Made by a program: the position numbers and the translations under genes
Source of the DNA: Eledone cirrhosa
Lineage: Eukaryota
Direction: 5' to 3'
Assembly (NCBI GenBank): GCA_964016885.1
Contig: OZ024743.1
Location: 192,510,001-192,574,000 of the forward strand
DNA length: 64,000 nucleotides
The notes under the pieces: model-generated
What the model saw: only the letters and a program-made list of their open reading frames with translations
What the model was told of the DNA's origin: nothing
Databases searched by the model: none
Shown here: one piece after another, positions 1-10,824 of the stretch
How positions within the stretch are numbered: the first letter of the stretch is position 1
Layout of the letters: every line of letters starts with the position of its first letter

Positions 1-1590
1 AAGTGACAATCCCAATTTTCAAAAAAGGGGACTAGAAAAATTGTTCCAACTATAGAGGTGTAGTGACCTACATTCCGCGGGCTCACATACATTCTCTGTG
101 CGTGATTTGGCTCAGTTCAGCCAATCAGCGCCAGTAGAAGAGGATGTATCCCTATGCGCCCTGAGGAAGAAATTCCCCGCGAAGATTTGAAGAATCTCTC
201 TCTTGTACCAGAAACTTCGAGCCAGCAACACGCATAATGTAACAGTGAGATATTGCACCCCTAGCCTCGCCGGCTTAACGGCGCAATGGCACATTCCCTT
301 TTGTAACCTCTTTTTATCTGTAACTTCAACCATATAAGTAAACAAACATTTCATCTCTAATTACTGCGGTTGAAATCATTATTATGTTACTCGTGTCTCA
401 ATAACATCTTTAATCCATGCTGCTGGAATTGGCGACCTGACGAGAGGAATATTGAAAATGGATGGTAAATAGATCGAGGGACCTTCCCTCACGTCTATGT
501 CAACAAGATAATCCAACGAGGATACTATCACTTACCACACTGGCAACTAACGACCTTCAATCATCTACCCTGTTAAAGTAACGACCACTGATTCTACCAC
601 CCTGCTAAAGTGGCGACTACTCTATAACCAATAAAGTCTCCCTCGTAAAGTCTATGCTAAGTGTCTGGAAAAGATACGTAGGGAGGTTTTCAAGTCCATG
701 CTAGCTGATGAACAGTGTTTTTTGCCTCGGACGCAGCATAGCTGACCAAATATTCACACTGTGACAGGTCTTTGAGAAATCGTGGGAGTGGTGTCAAGAG
801 GTGTATTCTTGCTTTGTAGACCTCGAAAAGGCATATGGCCGCGTTACACAGGATTTGCTATGAAAGGTTCTGCAGGAGTATGGGATTGATGGTCAGCTTC
901 TTGTTACCTTGATGTCTCTATACGAATGCCCAAATTTTTTTGTCTTCGGATAAATGGTGCTAAATCGAAGCCATTCAATCCGGGAGTCGGACTCCACCGA
1001 GGATGCGTACTGTCACCTATCCAGTTCATTATTTTCATGAACAGGATTGACATGCGCAGCCGGGTTGGAAGTGGTATCACGACTGGCAAATGTATCAGTC
1101 GACTGGAATTTGCAGACGACGTGGTATTTCTTAACTCGACAGAAGGTGATCGCCGACTTGCACTTGATAGGTTTGATGCCGAGTGCTGCATGGCTGGAAT
1201 GAAAGTCAGTGCTTCGGAAACTGAAACACTCCTCCTCTCAAGGAAGTCTGCACAATGCACTCTACGTGGAGTCCCACTAAAGCAGGTGACGAAGTTCAAA
1301 TATCAGAAGGGAGGTAGGGGTAAAAGCGTATTCATGCAAATTCTTACCTATGCTCATGATTCTTGAGTAATGACCAAAAGAATACGATCGCGAATACAAG
1401 AGGCCGAAATGGGGTTCATCCAAAGGGTCTTTGAAGTAACGTTACTCGATTGAGTGCGTTGCTCGGAGATCAGAGAGTCGCTCCAGGTAGAGCCGCTACT
1501 TCTCCAAATTGAGAGATCACAGCTCCGGTATTATAAACCGCTAGACAGATGTTACGGGCAAAACCAACTGGCAGGAGACCCGGAGCTTGG
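1..1590 (+). mobile_element. Degraded RTE-clade LINE fragment (RT and C-terminal region), interrupted at 59-622
   Basis: Translates as IPIFKKG..NCSNYRG|IT..SLPRKVYAKCLEK..DQIFTL..CFVDLEKAY.., then GLHRGCVLSPIQFIIFMNRI..LEFADDVV (ORF 926-1366), with stops and frameshifts. Confidence 0.85.
59..622 (+). mobile_element. LTR-like element (TGTAGTGACC start, PBS-like TGGCGACC, short leader), single-ended copy
   Basis: Splits the RTE reading frame at NYRG|IT. Closely similar copy at 47462-48003 and inverted arms at 10300-10824. No clear TSD here. Confidence 0.7.
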
Positions 1591-1736
1591 AAGAAGAAGA
1601 ATATTATACTACTGGATACATCTACGATGAATGATCTGCATAACTTGGAGAACCTTAATTTATTGCATCATCGTTTACTAACCGGCCTCACCAGTTCCAC
1701 CCATTGGTAAACAACGCAACATAAATGGTATATATA

Positions 1737-1739
<3 letters not shown>

Positions 1740-1815
<76 letters not shown>
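1740..1815. repeat. (TA)n microsatellite
   Basis: Direct sequence. Similar tracts at 9427-9481, 29848-29908, 41536-41562, 41723-41759, 56468-56508, 56916-56957 and 57749-57787. Confidence 0.98.
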
Positions 1816-1818
<3 letters not shown>

Positions 1819-2004
1819 TAAAAACGATGAAGTTTCGTTTACATGTATTTAGTTTTTATCGTGTATCGACCTGTTGTGCACGTTTCAACAGCAATGGTCT
1901 AACCAGTTCCAAACTAACTCTATCTGTCTCTGTCTGTCTGTCTCTCTCTCTCTCTCTGCCTCTCTCTCTCTATCTATCTCCCTATCTATTTATCTATCTA
2001 TCTT

Positions 2005-2335
2005 TGGAAGAAGAATCAGGATGGAGAGAGAGGTGCTGTACCCCAGCAAGTTTTGTGAAAGTGGCGAGAATGGCCGAGTGAATGGGCCTTCTCTCTATAT
2101 TAGCCTGTAGGTTGAGGAAAAGGAGGAGGAGAGGAAAGGAGTACAAACTCTTCGTACTCCTGGAGATGAGGGCTGCACATTTTTTCGGGGGTATGTGTTA
2201 CCCATATGAACTGTCTTCCCCTATTGGGGAAAATCGACTAATTTTTTAAATTGCATTTGTGATAACATTTTACACGTTTTTATTGTATGTAAACTTCCCC
2301 CTTTGTATTTGTCCCCCTGTGGCTAATAAAGAAAC
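2005..2335 (+). mobile_element. Probable 3' end of an L1/Tx1-type LINE inserted in a (TCTA)n microsatellite
   Basis: Short GC-richer coding-like remnant (RRIRMEREVLYPSKF..RVNGPSL), T-rich UTR, AATAAA plus A-rich tail at 2325-2334, TATC repeats on both sides. Clade assignment is from recall of similar ends. Confidence 0.45.
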
Positions 2336-2633
2336 ATATCTATCTATCTCTTTCTCTCTCTGAGTATTTGTGTGTGTGTGTGTTAGTTATACACCTAAAA
2401 CCTAAGATCCGTTTTTTGTCTATCCATTGCTTGGATAATCTCACCGAATTTTTTATACTTGCGATAAGCGAGACCTGGTTGTCTTTGTATTTAATATACT
2501 GAATGCTTCTGCTGAGATATTTTCCTTTGACCATAATACTTACGTACAGGGTTTTTCCAATCAATATGCTGTTGGTTGATAAGGAAGTAATTTAACGGCA
2601 TTTTATATGCATTACTCATAGGCACTGAATGAT

Positions 2634-2744
2634 ATAATTGTTTCTACTTTAGGCACAAGGCCAGCAATTACCCAGTGCATTACTTTATTTTATCGACCCC
2701 GTAAGGATGAAAGGCAAAGTCAACCTCGGCGGGATTTGAACTCA
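2634..2744 (-). mobile_element. 5'-truncated tRNA-derived SINE with 25-bp flanking direct repeat
   Basis: SINE core (box B, GCCTTTCATCCTTACGGGGTCGATAAAA). ACTCATAGGCACTGAATGATATAAT occurs at 2614-2638 and 2740-2764. Confidence 0.85.
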
Positions 2745-3789
2745 TAGGCACTGAATGATATAATGTATACATTTTATCATATACTAGCATTAAAGCCCGG
2801 CGTTGCTCGGGGTCAGTAAGTTACCAAAGTTAGGTGCACCACCCATTTTATGGTAGCACTTTTTTGTCTGCTGTTTCTAGCAGGTTTATTGACCTCATAG
2901 AGGATATGTTTTCTAAATTTAAGACAGTAGGGAGTGGTGTGATATGGGGGAGAGTTATCTGGTTTTCTAGCAGGTTTAGTGACCTCATAGAGGATATTAT
3001 TGTGTATAGTAAGTGAACTGATACTTCTTTAGCGAGGAATACTGGGTTGCATGAATGTAACAAGGAATACATTGTTTGTGTGTATAATATTTAATTAACA
3101 ATGGTAGATAGTATAGTTGTCATGTCAAAGAAATAGATGATAGAATGAAACAAAGTTAGTCGTTACCGTTTTGATTGCCAGGCAAACGCGGCTGGCAGAG
3201 GACGCCTGGCTAAGGCCAGGCGCCGGAAAGGCAATGAGAGGCTCTTGGCCTGGTGCCGAAAGGGCAATGAGAGAGTGAGAACTTAAAGTTGTTAGTTTTA
3301 TAGGGTTCTGACCGGAAGTTACAGAAAGGGTTCTACTTCCCGTCTAGATGTTAATCCAAACAAGGGAGACAACCGCTACATAACCTCCCGCCAGAATTTT
3401 AGGATATAAAAATCGAATAAAAATATGTAGCAAGTTGGCGAGAATGTTGTAACAGGCATGAAAATTACGACAAAAGAATGTTTGCAAAAATCAATGATAG
3501 ATATCAAGGTAGCCAACCGCTCTTGGCCAGAGAACGACTGGACATCTATCTATCCATCACCCAAAGATACAATGTAATAAAGTAAGAGAAGGGCTCAAAG
3601 TTCAAATGTACAAAATATAGTTCACAGGTGTGCAATCACATGACAGCAGGAAAGAAAGTGTGTTCCAGAGAATGAATGCAGGTGGTTTCTGTTCTGTGGT
3701 ATATCGTGAAATTTCCAACCTCCGAATGGATTTTCTCACAGGAAGAGTGCTGCAAAAATAAATTCTCTGGCTTTGGTTGTTGGTGAAGC

Positions 3790-4048
3790 TGTGTTGATGT
3801 ATTGCCGTTGCTGTTGCTGCTGCTGCTATATTGCTGTTGCTGCTGTATTGCTGTTGCTGTTATATTGCTGTTGCTGTTATATTGCTGTTGGTGTTGCTGC
3901 TGCTGTTGCTGCTGTATTGCTGTTGCTGTTATATTGCTGTTGCTGTTGCTGCTGCTGTCGCTGCTGTATTGCTGTTGCTGTTGCTGCTGCTGCTGCTGTT
4001 GCTGTTATATTGCTGTTGCTGTTGCTGCTGCTGCTGCTGCTGCTGTTG
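3790..4048. repeat. Imperfect (CTG/TTG)n trinucleotide array inside the LTR element
   Basis: Direct sequence; it generates the poly-C/L/A ORFs at 3773-4089. Confidence 0.95.
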
Positions 4049-4912
4049 TCTCGCTGAGTGAGCGTATTCGGTGTTTAAATTCACAGTAAAAACATTTTTT
4101 TCGGAAAAAATGAGTTGCGCAAAGTGCTAGAAATAGCAGCCGAAGTTGATGGTCGATGTTGAGAATGCGTTGACCTGGAAGGGTCAAGAGGCCAGCGACC
4201 AAAGAAATAAGCATTCTGAATAAATGCGCAGTTTTCAACGGCAAATTTACGTAGTAAATTTTTAAACCGGCAAATAGGAGAATATAGCTTAAGGCTGAAG
4301 AATCCTTGGCGAGAAACGTTATCTCTGGCGTGCGGCTATCTCTGTGAGTCGAGATATCTCTGTGAGTCGAGAATTTGTGCTGCCTACACGTGCCAATACA
4401 AGGTTGAAAAAATAATATTTCTAACGCGCGAGAAAATGATAGTGCAAGTGTGAAAGTGACAATGATGAAAAAGAAAGGCTTCACTCAGCATAATTATTGG
4501 TGTGAACTTTGGAGAAAAAAAACTTGAACGATGAAGAAAACGATGAAAAAAAAAGGCAATGGTTCATCGAAAATAAATGTTCCTGTTGAAATGTTTTTTT
4601 AAAGAATATCAAATTTCTTTTTTTTTTTTTTGTTTTGAAAGAGTTCGTTGTAAGAAACGAGAAACATATATATATATATCGTGAAATGTTTTTTATTTTT
4701 TTTTGTTTTGAAAGTGTTCGTTGTAAGAAACGAGAATATATATCGTGAAATGCGACAGTTAGTTGATGCGTGAGAGAAAAAGTCTGTCTGAACGCGAATT
4801 CCACATGTGCGTGTGTCCGTCTCTTTGAGTATTTTCATAGTTTGTCGATAAATTTGCTGTGTATTCGTAATGTTACCCACACAACTCCAGAATCTGCTAT
4901 CTTTTTCTTTTT

Positions 4913-4971
4913 TCGGGGTGACCACTTATAGCGATGAACGGCTGCGTGTTCGTATCACGTCAGGGTTACCA
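4913..4971 (-). promoter_or_regulatory. Dual primer-binding region: extended tRNA-Trp complement, duplicated LTR end, second PBS
   Basis: Plus strand 4936-4971 GAACGGCTGCGTGTTCGTATCACGTCAGGGTTACCA vs metazoan tRNA-Trp 3' half GAAGGCTGCGTGTTCGAATCACGTCGGGGTCACCA (recalled). TATAGCGAT at 4927-4935 repeats the LTR end. TCGGGGTGACCA at 4913-4924. Confidence 0.85.
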
Positions 4972-5505
4972 ATATAGCGATGATACTGGGTTGTATGAAT
5001 GTAACAAGGAATACATTGTTAGTGTGTATAATATTTAATTAACAATGGTAGATAGTATAGTTGTCATGTCAAAGTAATAGATGAAAGAATGAAGCAAAGT
5101 TAGTAGTTACCGTTTGGATTGCCAGGCAAACGCGGCTGGCAGAAGACGCCTGGCGAAAGCCAGGTGCCGGAAGGCAAATGAGAGGCTCTTGGCCTGGTGC
5201 CGAAAGGGCAATGAGAGAGAGAGAACTTAAAGTTGTTAGTTTTATAGGGTTCTGACCGGAAGTTACAGAAAGGGTTCTACTTCCCGTCTAGATGTTAATC
5301 CAAACAAGGGAGACAACCGCTACACTTCTTTCTTCCACGTTCGTTGATAGATGTTTTAAAAAAGATTTATCGCTATTTTTTTGTTGTTGTTGAATAAATT
5401 TATCTGTTGCGTTTGAATAATTGTTGTTTCGTATGAAATGTAATAAGTTCTCTTTGTCATTGAAGTAAATAAATGTTTTACCGTTCCACACTCAAAAACA
5501 AACGT

Positions 5506-5544
<39 letters not shown>

Positions 5545-5944
5545 AAGTTTAAGGGGAGTTGAGAGAGGGATCTGATTGTATTAGAGGGGTAAAGCGTCAT
5601 GTATTTAGTTTTATCGATTATTTTCGTAATTGTGGGTGAGTTTGAATGAAATAAATAGTTGTTGACATAATTTAGACCATTTACAACAATCTTACAGACT
5701 TTGAGTCGAATCGGTTTGAAATTGTGCAAATGTATAAACATGGAACATGCACACACACACAACAACAATCTGCCTTTTATAGATAATGATTTTGTATGTA
5801 AATGTGTGGGCATTATTATCTAGTAATATATAACACGCTTGTGTTTTTGTCCGTCACAAGAGATAACTTAGGAAGGAAGGCGTGATAACGTCGACTGAGA
5901 AAGGTTTGTATGTTTGTATCACCTGTGAGTGAGCACGAAGGAGC

Positions 5945-6663
5945 TATAGCGGAACACTCCTATGTTTTACCGGCGAAAATTCGAAACCGAATCTGAGGTT
6001 TCTCGCCTCTGGGACCATCTATCGTCGGAGATTCCCACCATTGTCTTGTCAAAAGACAACGATGATTAACGTACATACCACTTGACCTGTGACCTCAGCT
6101 TGTAGAGAGAGGAAACACAGATGGCTGCCCATAAATCAACCCATATACACATCCTTCTAACTATAGTGTTATTATAAATACAAGGACTTAGAAAATCTAA
6201 CACCAGAGACTACGAAGCAAGCAGTCCGTGTTAAGGTTAACGATGTAGCAGACCTTTTACTCTTTCTTTCTCCTGGTCTTACTGGCTCTCACCTTCCCGG
6301 CCACGGATACAGCCAGACAACCAGACATGAAACAGCAGTCCTTGAAGGGAATAACGAATAATGCATACTAAGAATAGACACACACACACATAGTAAGTTC
6401 ATCTATTCTTCCGTCTCCCTGTCATATTGTAACGTCGCATTGATACATGCATGCACGCTAGCTCGAAGTAGCTAGCCAGCAAATTAATGTAGCGATAAAT
6501 TCTGTCACATATTGTTATTGTAAATTAAATGTTGTTAACAACACAATCCTGGCATTATTCTTTTCATCAAACATCCATCAAAGAATAACAATTATCCGCT
6601 ACAATTGGTGACCCCGATATGATACGAACACACATAGCCTTCTCACCACATTTATCCGCTACA
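5945..6663 (+). mobile_element. Solo Gypsy-like LTR containing an internal LTR end and a tRNA-Trp 3'-half copy
   Basis: Termini TATAGCGGA (TGTAGCGGA) and TCCGCTACA; TSD GAGC at 5941-5944 and 6664-6667. Internal TTATCCGCTACA ends at 6603 and is followed by TGGTGACCCCGATATGATACGAACACACATAGCCTTCT (6606-6643). Confidence 0.88.
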
Positions 6664-6714
6664 GAGCCACCAACCAACCAGCCAATAAACAAATAAACAT
6701 CTCTTTTATATATA

Positions 6715-7154
6715 TTTTTTTTTTATTACAGAAAGTTTTATTATAATTGATTCTGATCATAGTTAATAAATGAGGTGTCTAGTCGTCGACTGAATATGCT
6801 AAATGGTATTAATAGAAATTGTTTCGAAATCCATGAAATATACGCAAATGCCTGAGAGAACAAGTAGCAAGCATGACAATTCAACTTCTCTGTTATATCA
6901 GATGAAAGAATGGTATTTAACTAATGTATTGGTACGTGATGGGGCCCACCCGGCGGACAGAATGGAGAAGGCGTTTCCCCGGAGGACAGCAAGGGAGACG
7001 CGCTGGAAAAGTCACTCCAACTCGCGGGGCTCACACCTGCGGCTGGTCAGCTCAGCGCCTATGGTGGTGAGTAAGGAGGTAGCCCTGGGGCCGAGGACAC
7101 CAGAAGTCTCCACTGCCAGGGGTACCACCGCAAACCTGTCGGATAGCCACCATT
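6715..7154 (-). mobile_element. 3' fragment of a CRE-type (RLE-bearing) non-LTR retrotransposon
   Basis: Minus-strand translation FAVVPLAVETSGVLGPRATSLLTTIG..EPRELE*LFQRVSLAVLRGNAFSIL matches the CRE C-terminal motif; ends in AATAAA merged with an A-tail near 6715-6727. Confidence 0.8.
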
Positions 7155-7450
7155 GTTGATGGCACGGGGCCAGCTAGTATTAATAATAGTTATTAGTATA
7201 CGTATTTACCGAGGAATAATTTTTACCTCTTTGTGTATGTTCGGATGATGGCACATGGTTTAGTGCAGCGATCGCCAGCCTTTCGGACCTCACGGACCAC
7301 TAAATTCATAAATTTAAATCCCGTTGACCACTAATATGATTTTTTTTTACATTAAGATTTTTCTGCAGGCAAGCTAAATTTTCTCTCGGATCATTATACC
7401 CTAACGGATAGTACGAACTATACGCGGATATTTTACGTCTTGATGTGGTA

Positions 7451-8050
7451 GCTAAGTATATGTTATGTTAATACCATTACTTATTCGTATAGGTAAGTAT
7501 ATATTACCTGTATGTTTTGTGAAGGTACGTATACTTTCTCGTACGTATATTTGCTTGTATATGTTATTGGCATATATATTATATATACTGGTACATGTGC
7601 ATTTCGTTATGTGTATACGTGAGTTTTGCGCCTGTGTGAGTATGCGGGTTCGTACGTATGTAGGGTGTGTGTATATGTGTATTTTGTGTTTTAGTTGACG
7701 TACGTCCGCGAACATGTGTATTTACATGTAGGTGTGTGTGTACACGCGTTATATACGTATTTATGTGTGTATATTTATGTGTTTATATACGTTTCTTTAA
7801 TTATGTATACACGCACACACACACACACATGTATATGTATATATATATATTTTTTATATATATTTTTATGTGTATTTGGTGTTTACGTTCGTATGTGTGC
7901 GGGTACAGGCGTTGCGTGGGTTCTGTATGTGCGTGCGTGCTTTTTTTTTTTTTTTTTCTTCTGTGTACGTGCTTGTATTTGCATACCCATGGCGAGTGTT
8001 TTCGCGTATGCTTGTGTATGTACGTATATGGATGCGTGTATGTATATATT
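7451..8050. repeat. Degenerate (TG/TA/CG) low-complexity region
   Basis: Direct sequence; source of several spurious ORFs. Confidence 0.85.
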
Positions 8051-8117
8051 TAATTTCAATTTCCTCTGTATTTTATTTACTTTGTTCTTAACTCGAAGCC
8101 GAGAATCATTCGGTTTC

Positions 8118-8385
8118 CTAAATAGAATTTTAGTCTACGACTTCAGTTATACCATAAACGTGGTTTTGTCTTTTGCGTGTAATTGTTCTCATTGCTCCAC
8201 ATAATGACGTATTATCTTCGTTTTTTCCGTTCATTGCCAGAGAACGTCTCCATGAACCACCTAATAGAATATTAGTCTACGACTTCATTTATACCATAAA
8301 CGTGGTTTTGTCTTTGCGTGTCTTTTCACCGCACCAAATAATGACGTATTATCTTCGTTTGTTTCTGTTCTTTGCCAGGGAACAT
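8118..8385. repeat. Diverged tandem duplication (~140-bp period)
   Basis: AATAGAAT.TTAGTCTACGACTTCA.TTATACCATAAACGTGGTTTTGTC..ATAATGACGTATTATCTTCG occurs twice. Confidence 0.85.
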
Positions 8386-8651
8386 TTCCTGTCTTCCTTC
8401 GGTTGCAACGTTTTTTGAAATATTTACTTCTGCGTTTACAGATTGACTTTTTTAGTTTCAGAAGATCCCGTTAAGGGTGAAAGCAGCGATTCTTTGCTTA
8501 AACTTTAATCTGTTATTTTAATAAATATTTGCTCTACGGTTCTTATATATCTGATATATATTTATCCTTATCGAACCCTCTTTGGATTTTAGTCTTCAAA
8601 TTTATTATTATTACTATATATTACTGTGTTTATTTCTACATATATTATTAT

Positions 8652-9338
8652 ATAATTGTTTCTACTTTTGCTTTTGGCACAAGGCCCGCAATTACCTAGT
8701 ACATTACTGGTAGTTTATTTTATCGACCCCGTAAGGATGAAAGGCAAAGTTAACCTCGGCTGGATTTGAACTCAGAATGGCAAGGGCCGTAACTCTATGC
8801 TTCAAAGCACGGCGTCCAACCCTCTACCGATATTGCCAATCCATTATTATATAATTGTTTCTACGTTAGGCACAAGGCCAGCAATTCACCAGTGCATTAC
8901 TGGTACTTTATTTTATCGACCCCGTAAGGATGAAAGGCAAAGTTAACCTTGGCAGGATTTGAAGTTAATTATATAATTGTTTCTACTATAGGCACAAGGC
9001 CAGGTATTACCCAGTGCATTACTGGTACTTTATTTTATCGACCCCGTAAGGATGAAAGGCAAAGTCAACCTCAGATCGTAAAGGGACGTAACTATGCTGG
9101 AAAGCATGGCGTCCGACCCTCTGCTGATACTGCCAATCCACCGCCCTAAGTTAATTATATAATTGTTTCTACTTTAGGCACAAGGCCAGCAATTACCCAG
9201 TGCATTACTGGTACTTTATTTTATCGACCCGTGAGGATGAAAGGCAAAGTTAACCTCGGCGGGATTTGAACTCAGATCATAAAGGGACGTAACTATGCTG
9301 GAAAGCATGGCGTCCGACCCTCTACCGATACTGCCAAT
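8652..9338 (-). mobile_element. Head-to-tail array of four tRNA-derived SINEs (Meta-like central domain)
   Basis: Units at ~8652-8843, 8850-8962, 8972-9143 and 9158-9338. Box A TGGCAGTATCGG, box B GAGTTCAAATCC, core GCCTTTCATCCTTACGGGGTCGATAAAATAAAGTACC. Confidence 0.9.
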
Positions 9339-9416
9339 TATATAATGCTCAGTATTTATACTTTGAGCTTGTTAATTACAGGGTATCAATATGAGTTAGT
9401 AACTCTGTATTTTATT

Positions 9417-9482
<66 letters not shown>

Positions 9483-9485
<3 letters not shown>

Positions 9486-9596
9486 ATGTGGCTGGCAGCT
9501 GAAAGAAAAGCGTACTCAATACCGAAGTAGAATTTTAATATTCGTTTCATTGAGGCTAAATAGCGAGCTCATTAATCATACACACTACCTTCTAAA
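9483..9596 (+). repeat. Unclassified (TA)n-associated interspersed repeat (second copy 11917-12030)
   Basis: Two similar ~115-bp copies, each directly after a TA tract. Confidence 0.75.
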
Positions 9597-10299
9597 GTCA
9601 GTTGAGGGCACAAATAAATTGCTACGGCCGTCGCTGGTGAGGCCCGGGGTAACCCTCCCCCATTAAATCCGGCGCTGCATGTGTCTGTGGAAGGCTCAGT
9701 CACTTGCATTTTAATTTCACGAGCAGTTTGTTTCGTTGTTCAAACAACTGGAATACTCGTCGTCGAAACTGACGCAGATCCAATACATATGTTTGGACTT
9801 AAGAATATTTTAACTTTACTGTTAAAGCATAGCGGATACCAAGTGGAAATATATGGAAACATAAATAACCGAATGTCGCATCTCGAGGAGTGTCGGTATC
9901 TGATCTACGGTGGGCAATACGTACTTGGTTTATTTACGAAGTCAACAAAGAACTCTATATGTTCTAGTATCCTTTTAACAGCATAAGTGGCAGTTTTAAT
10001 AGAAATAAGTACAGTGAAATTGTAGTAAATAGTATTGTACTGTGAACTGTTGGCAAATAGGAAGTATTAATAATGGAAAAAACTTTAAATCGGATGAAAG
10101 CAAATATACTCCGAAAGCTTGAAATTGTATGCCATTAAAATAAACAAGCAAGCTATTGTCCCCTCTTTTTCTTCTTCTTGTTTTGTATACCCCTTCTGCC
10201 TCTCTTTCTCTCCCTGTTTTCCTTTCCTCTCTTTCTCTTTTTTACTCTTTCCCTCTCCACATCTCTCTCACAGTTATCTATTCGTTAATTCTAAACATG

Positions 10300-10824
10300 T
10301 GTAGTGACCTACATTCCGCGGGCTCACATACATTCTCTGTCCGTGATTTGGCTCAGCTCAGCCAATCAACGCCAGTAGAAGAGGATGTATCCCTACGCGC
10401 CCTGAGGGAGAAATTCCCCGCGAAGATTTGAAGAATCTCTCTCTCGCACCCAGAACTTCAAACCAGCAACGCGTACAACATGTGACGGTGAGATTTTGCA
10501 CTTTGGCCTGGCACAGTGGCACATTCTCTTTGTTAACTTGTATGGTTGAAGTTACACATAAAATGAGGTTACCAAAGGGAATGTGCCATTGTGCCAGGCC
10601 CAAGGAAAGCCAGCAGGCCAAAGTGCAAAATCTCACCGTCACATGTTGTACGTATTGCTAGTTCGAAGTTCCAGGTGCGAGAGAGAGATTCTTCAAATCT
10701 TCGCGGGGAATTTCTCCCTCAGGGCGCGTAGGGATACATCCTCTTCTACTAGCGTTGATTGGCTGAGCTGAGCCAAATCACGGACAGAGAATGTATGTGA
10801 GCCTGCCGAATGTAGGTCACTACA
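10300..10824. mobile_element. Palindromic (fold-back) element built from two inverted copies of the 5' part of the 59-622 LTR-like sequence
   Basis: TGTAGTGACC...GGTCACTACA termini, arms >200 bp, CATG on both flanks (10296-10299, 10825-10828). Confidence 0.9.

Larger units (their letters stand above)
3028..5324 (-). mobile_element. Complete non-autonomous Gypsy-like LTR retrotransposon (~2.3 kb)
   Basis: Two ~352-bp LTRs (5324-4973 and 3380-3028, about 95% identical by eye) starting TGTAGCGG. 4-bp TSD CTTC at 3024-3027 and 5325-5328. tRNA-Trp PBS after the 5' LTR. PPT GGCGGGAGG at 3392-3384. No gag/pol ORF. Confidence 0.92.
2784..5783 (-). mobile_element. Non-autonomous Helitron, interrupted by the LTR element at 3028-5324
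   Basis: Minus strand starts A|TCTATAAAAGGCAG..(GT)n and ends with hairpin CCCGAGCAACGCCGGG then ..GCTAG|T: A/T target, no TSD. Confidence 0.75.
5819..7177 (+). mobile_element. Possible Helitron remnant hosting a solo LTR and a CRE fragment
   Basis: A|TCTAGTAATATATAA..TGTGTTTTTGTCCGTC start and ..GGCACGGGGCCAGCTAG|T end. The 3' hairpin is incomplete, and the two ends may not belong together. Confidence 0.4.

Noticed and set aside
1660-1915. Hammerhead-like GGAACTGGT(G/T)AG motifs on the minus strand
   Set aside because: Core deviates from CUGANGA and stems do not close convincingly.
3773-4089. Poly-Cys/Leu/Ala ORFs
   Set aside because: Translations of a CTG/TTG microsatellite inside a non-coding LTR element.
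4936-4971. tRNA-Trp gene
   Set aside because: Only the 3' half, with encoded CCA and a broken T-loop; it is a retro-copied primer sequence, not a gene.
7452-8204. Several 70-170 aa ORFs
   Set aside because: Low-complexity TG/TA sequence with no protein-like composition.
8652-9338. CRISPR-like repeat array
   Set aside because: Units are SINE copies of 110-190 bp with no unique spacers, in a eukaryotic context without cas genes.
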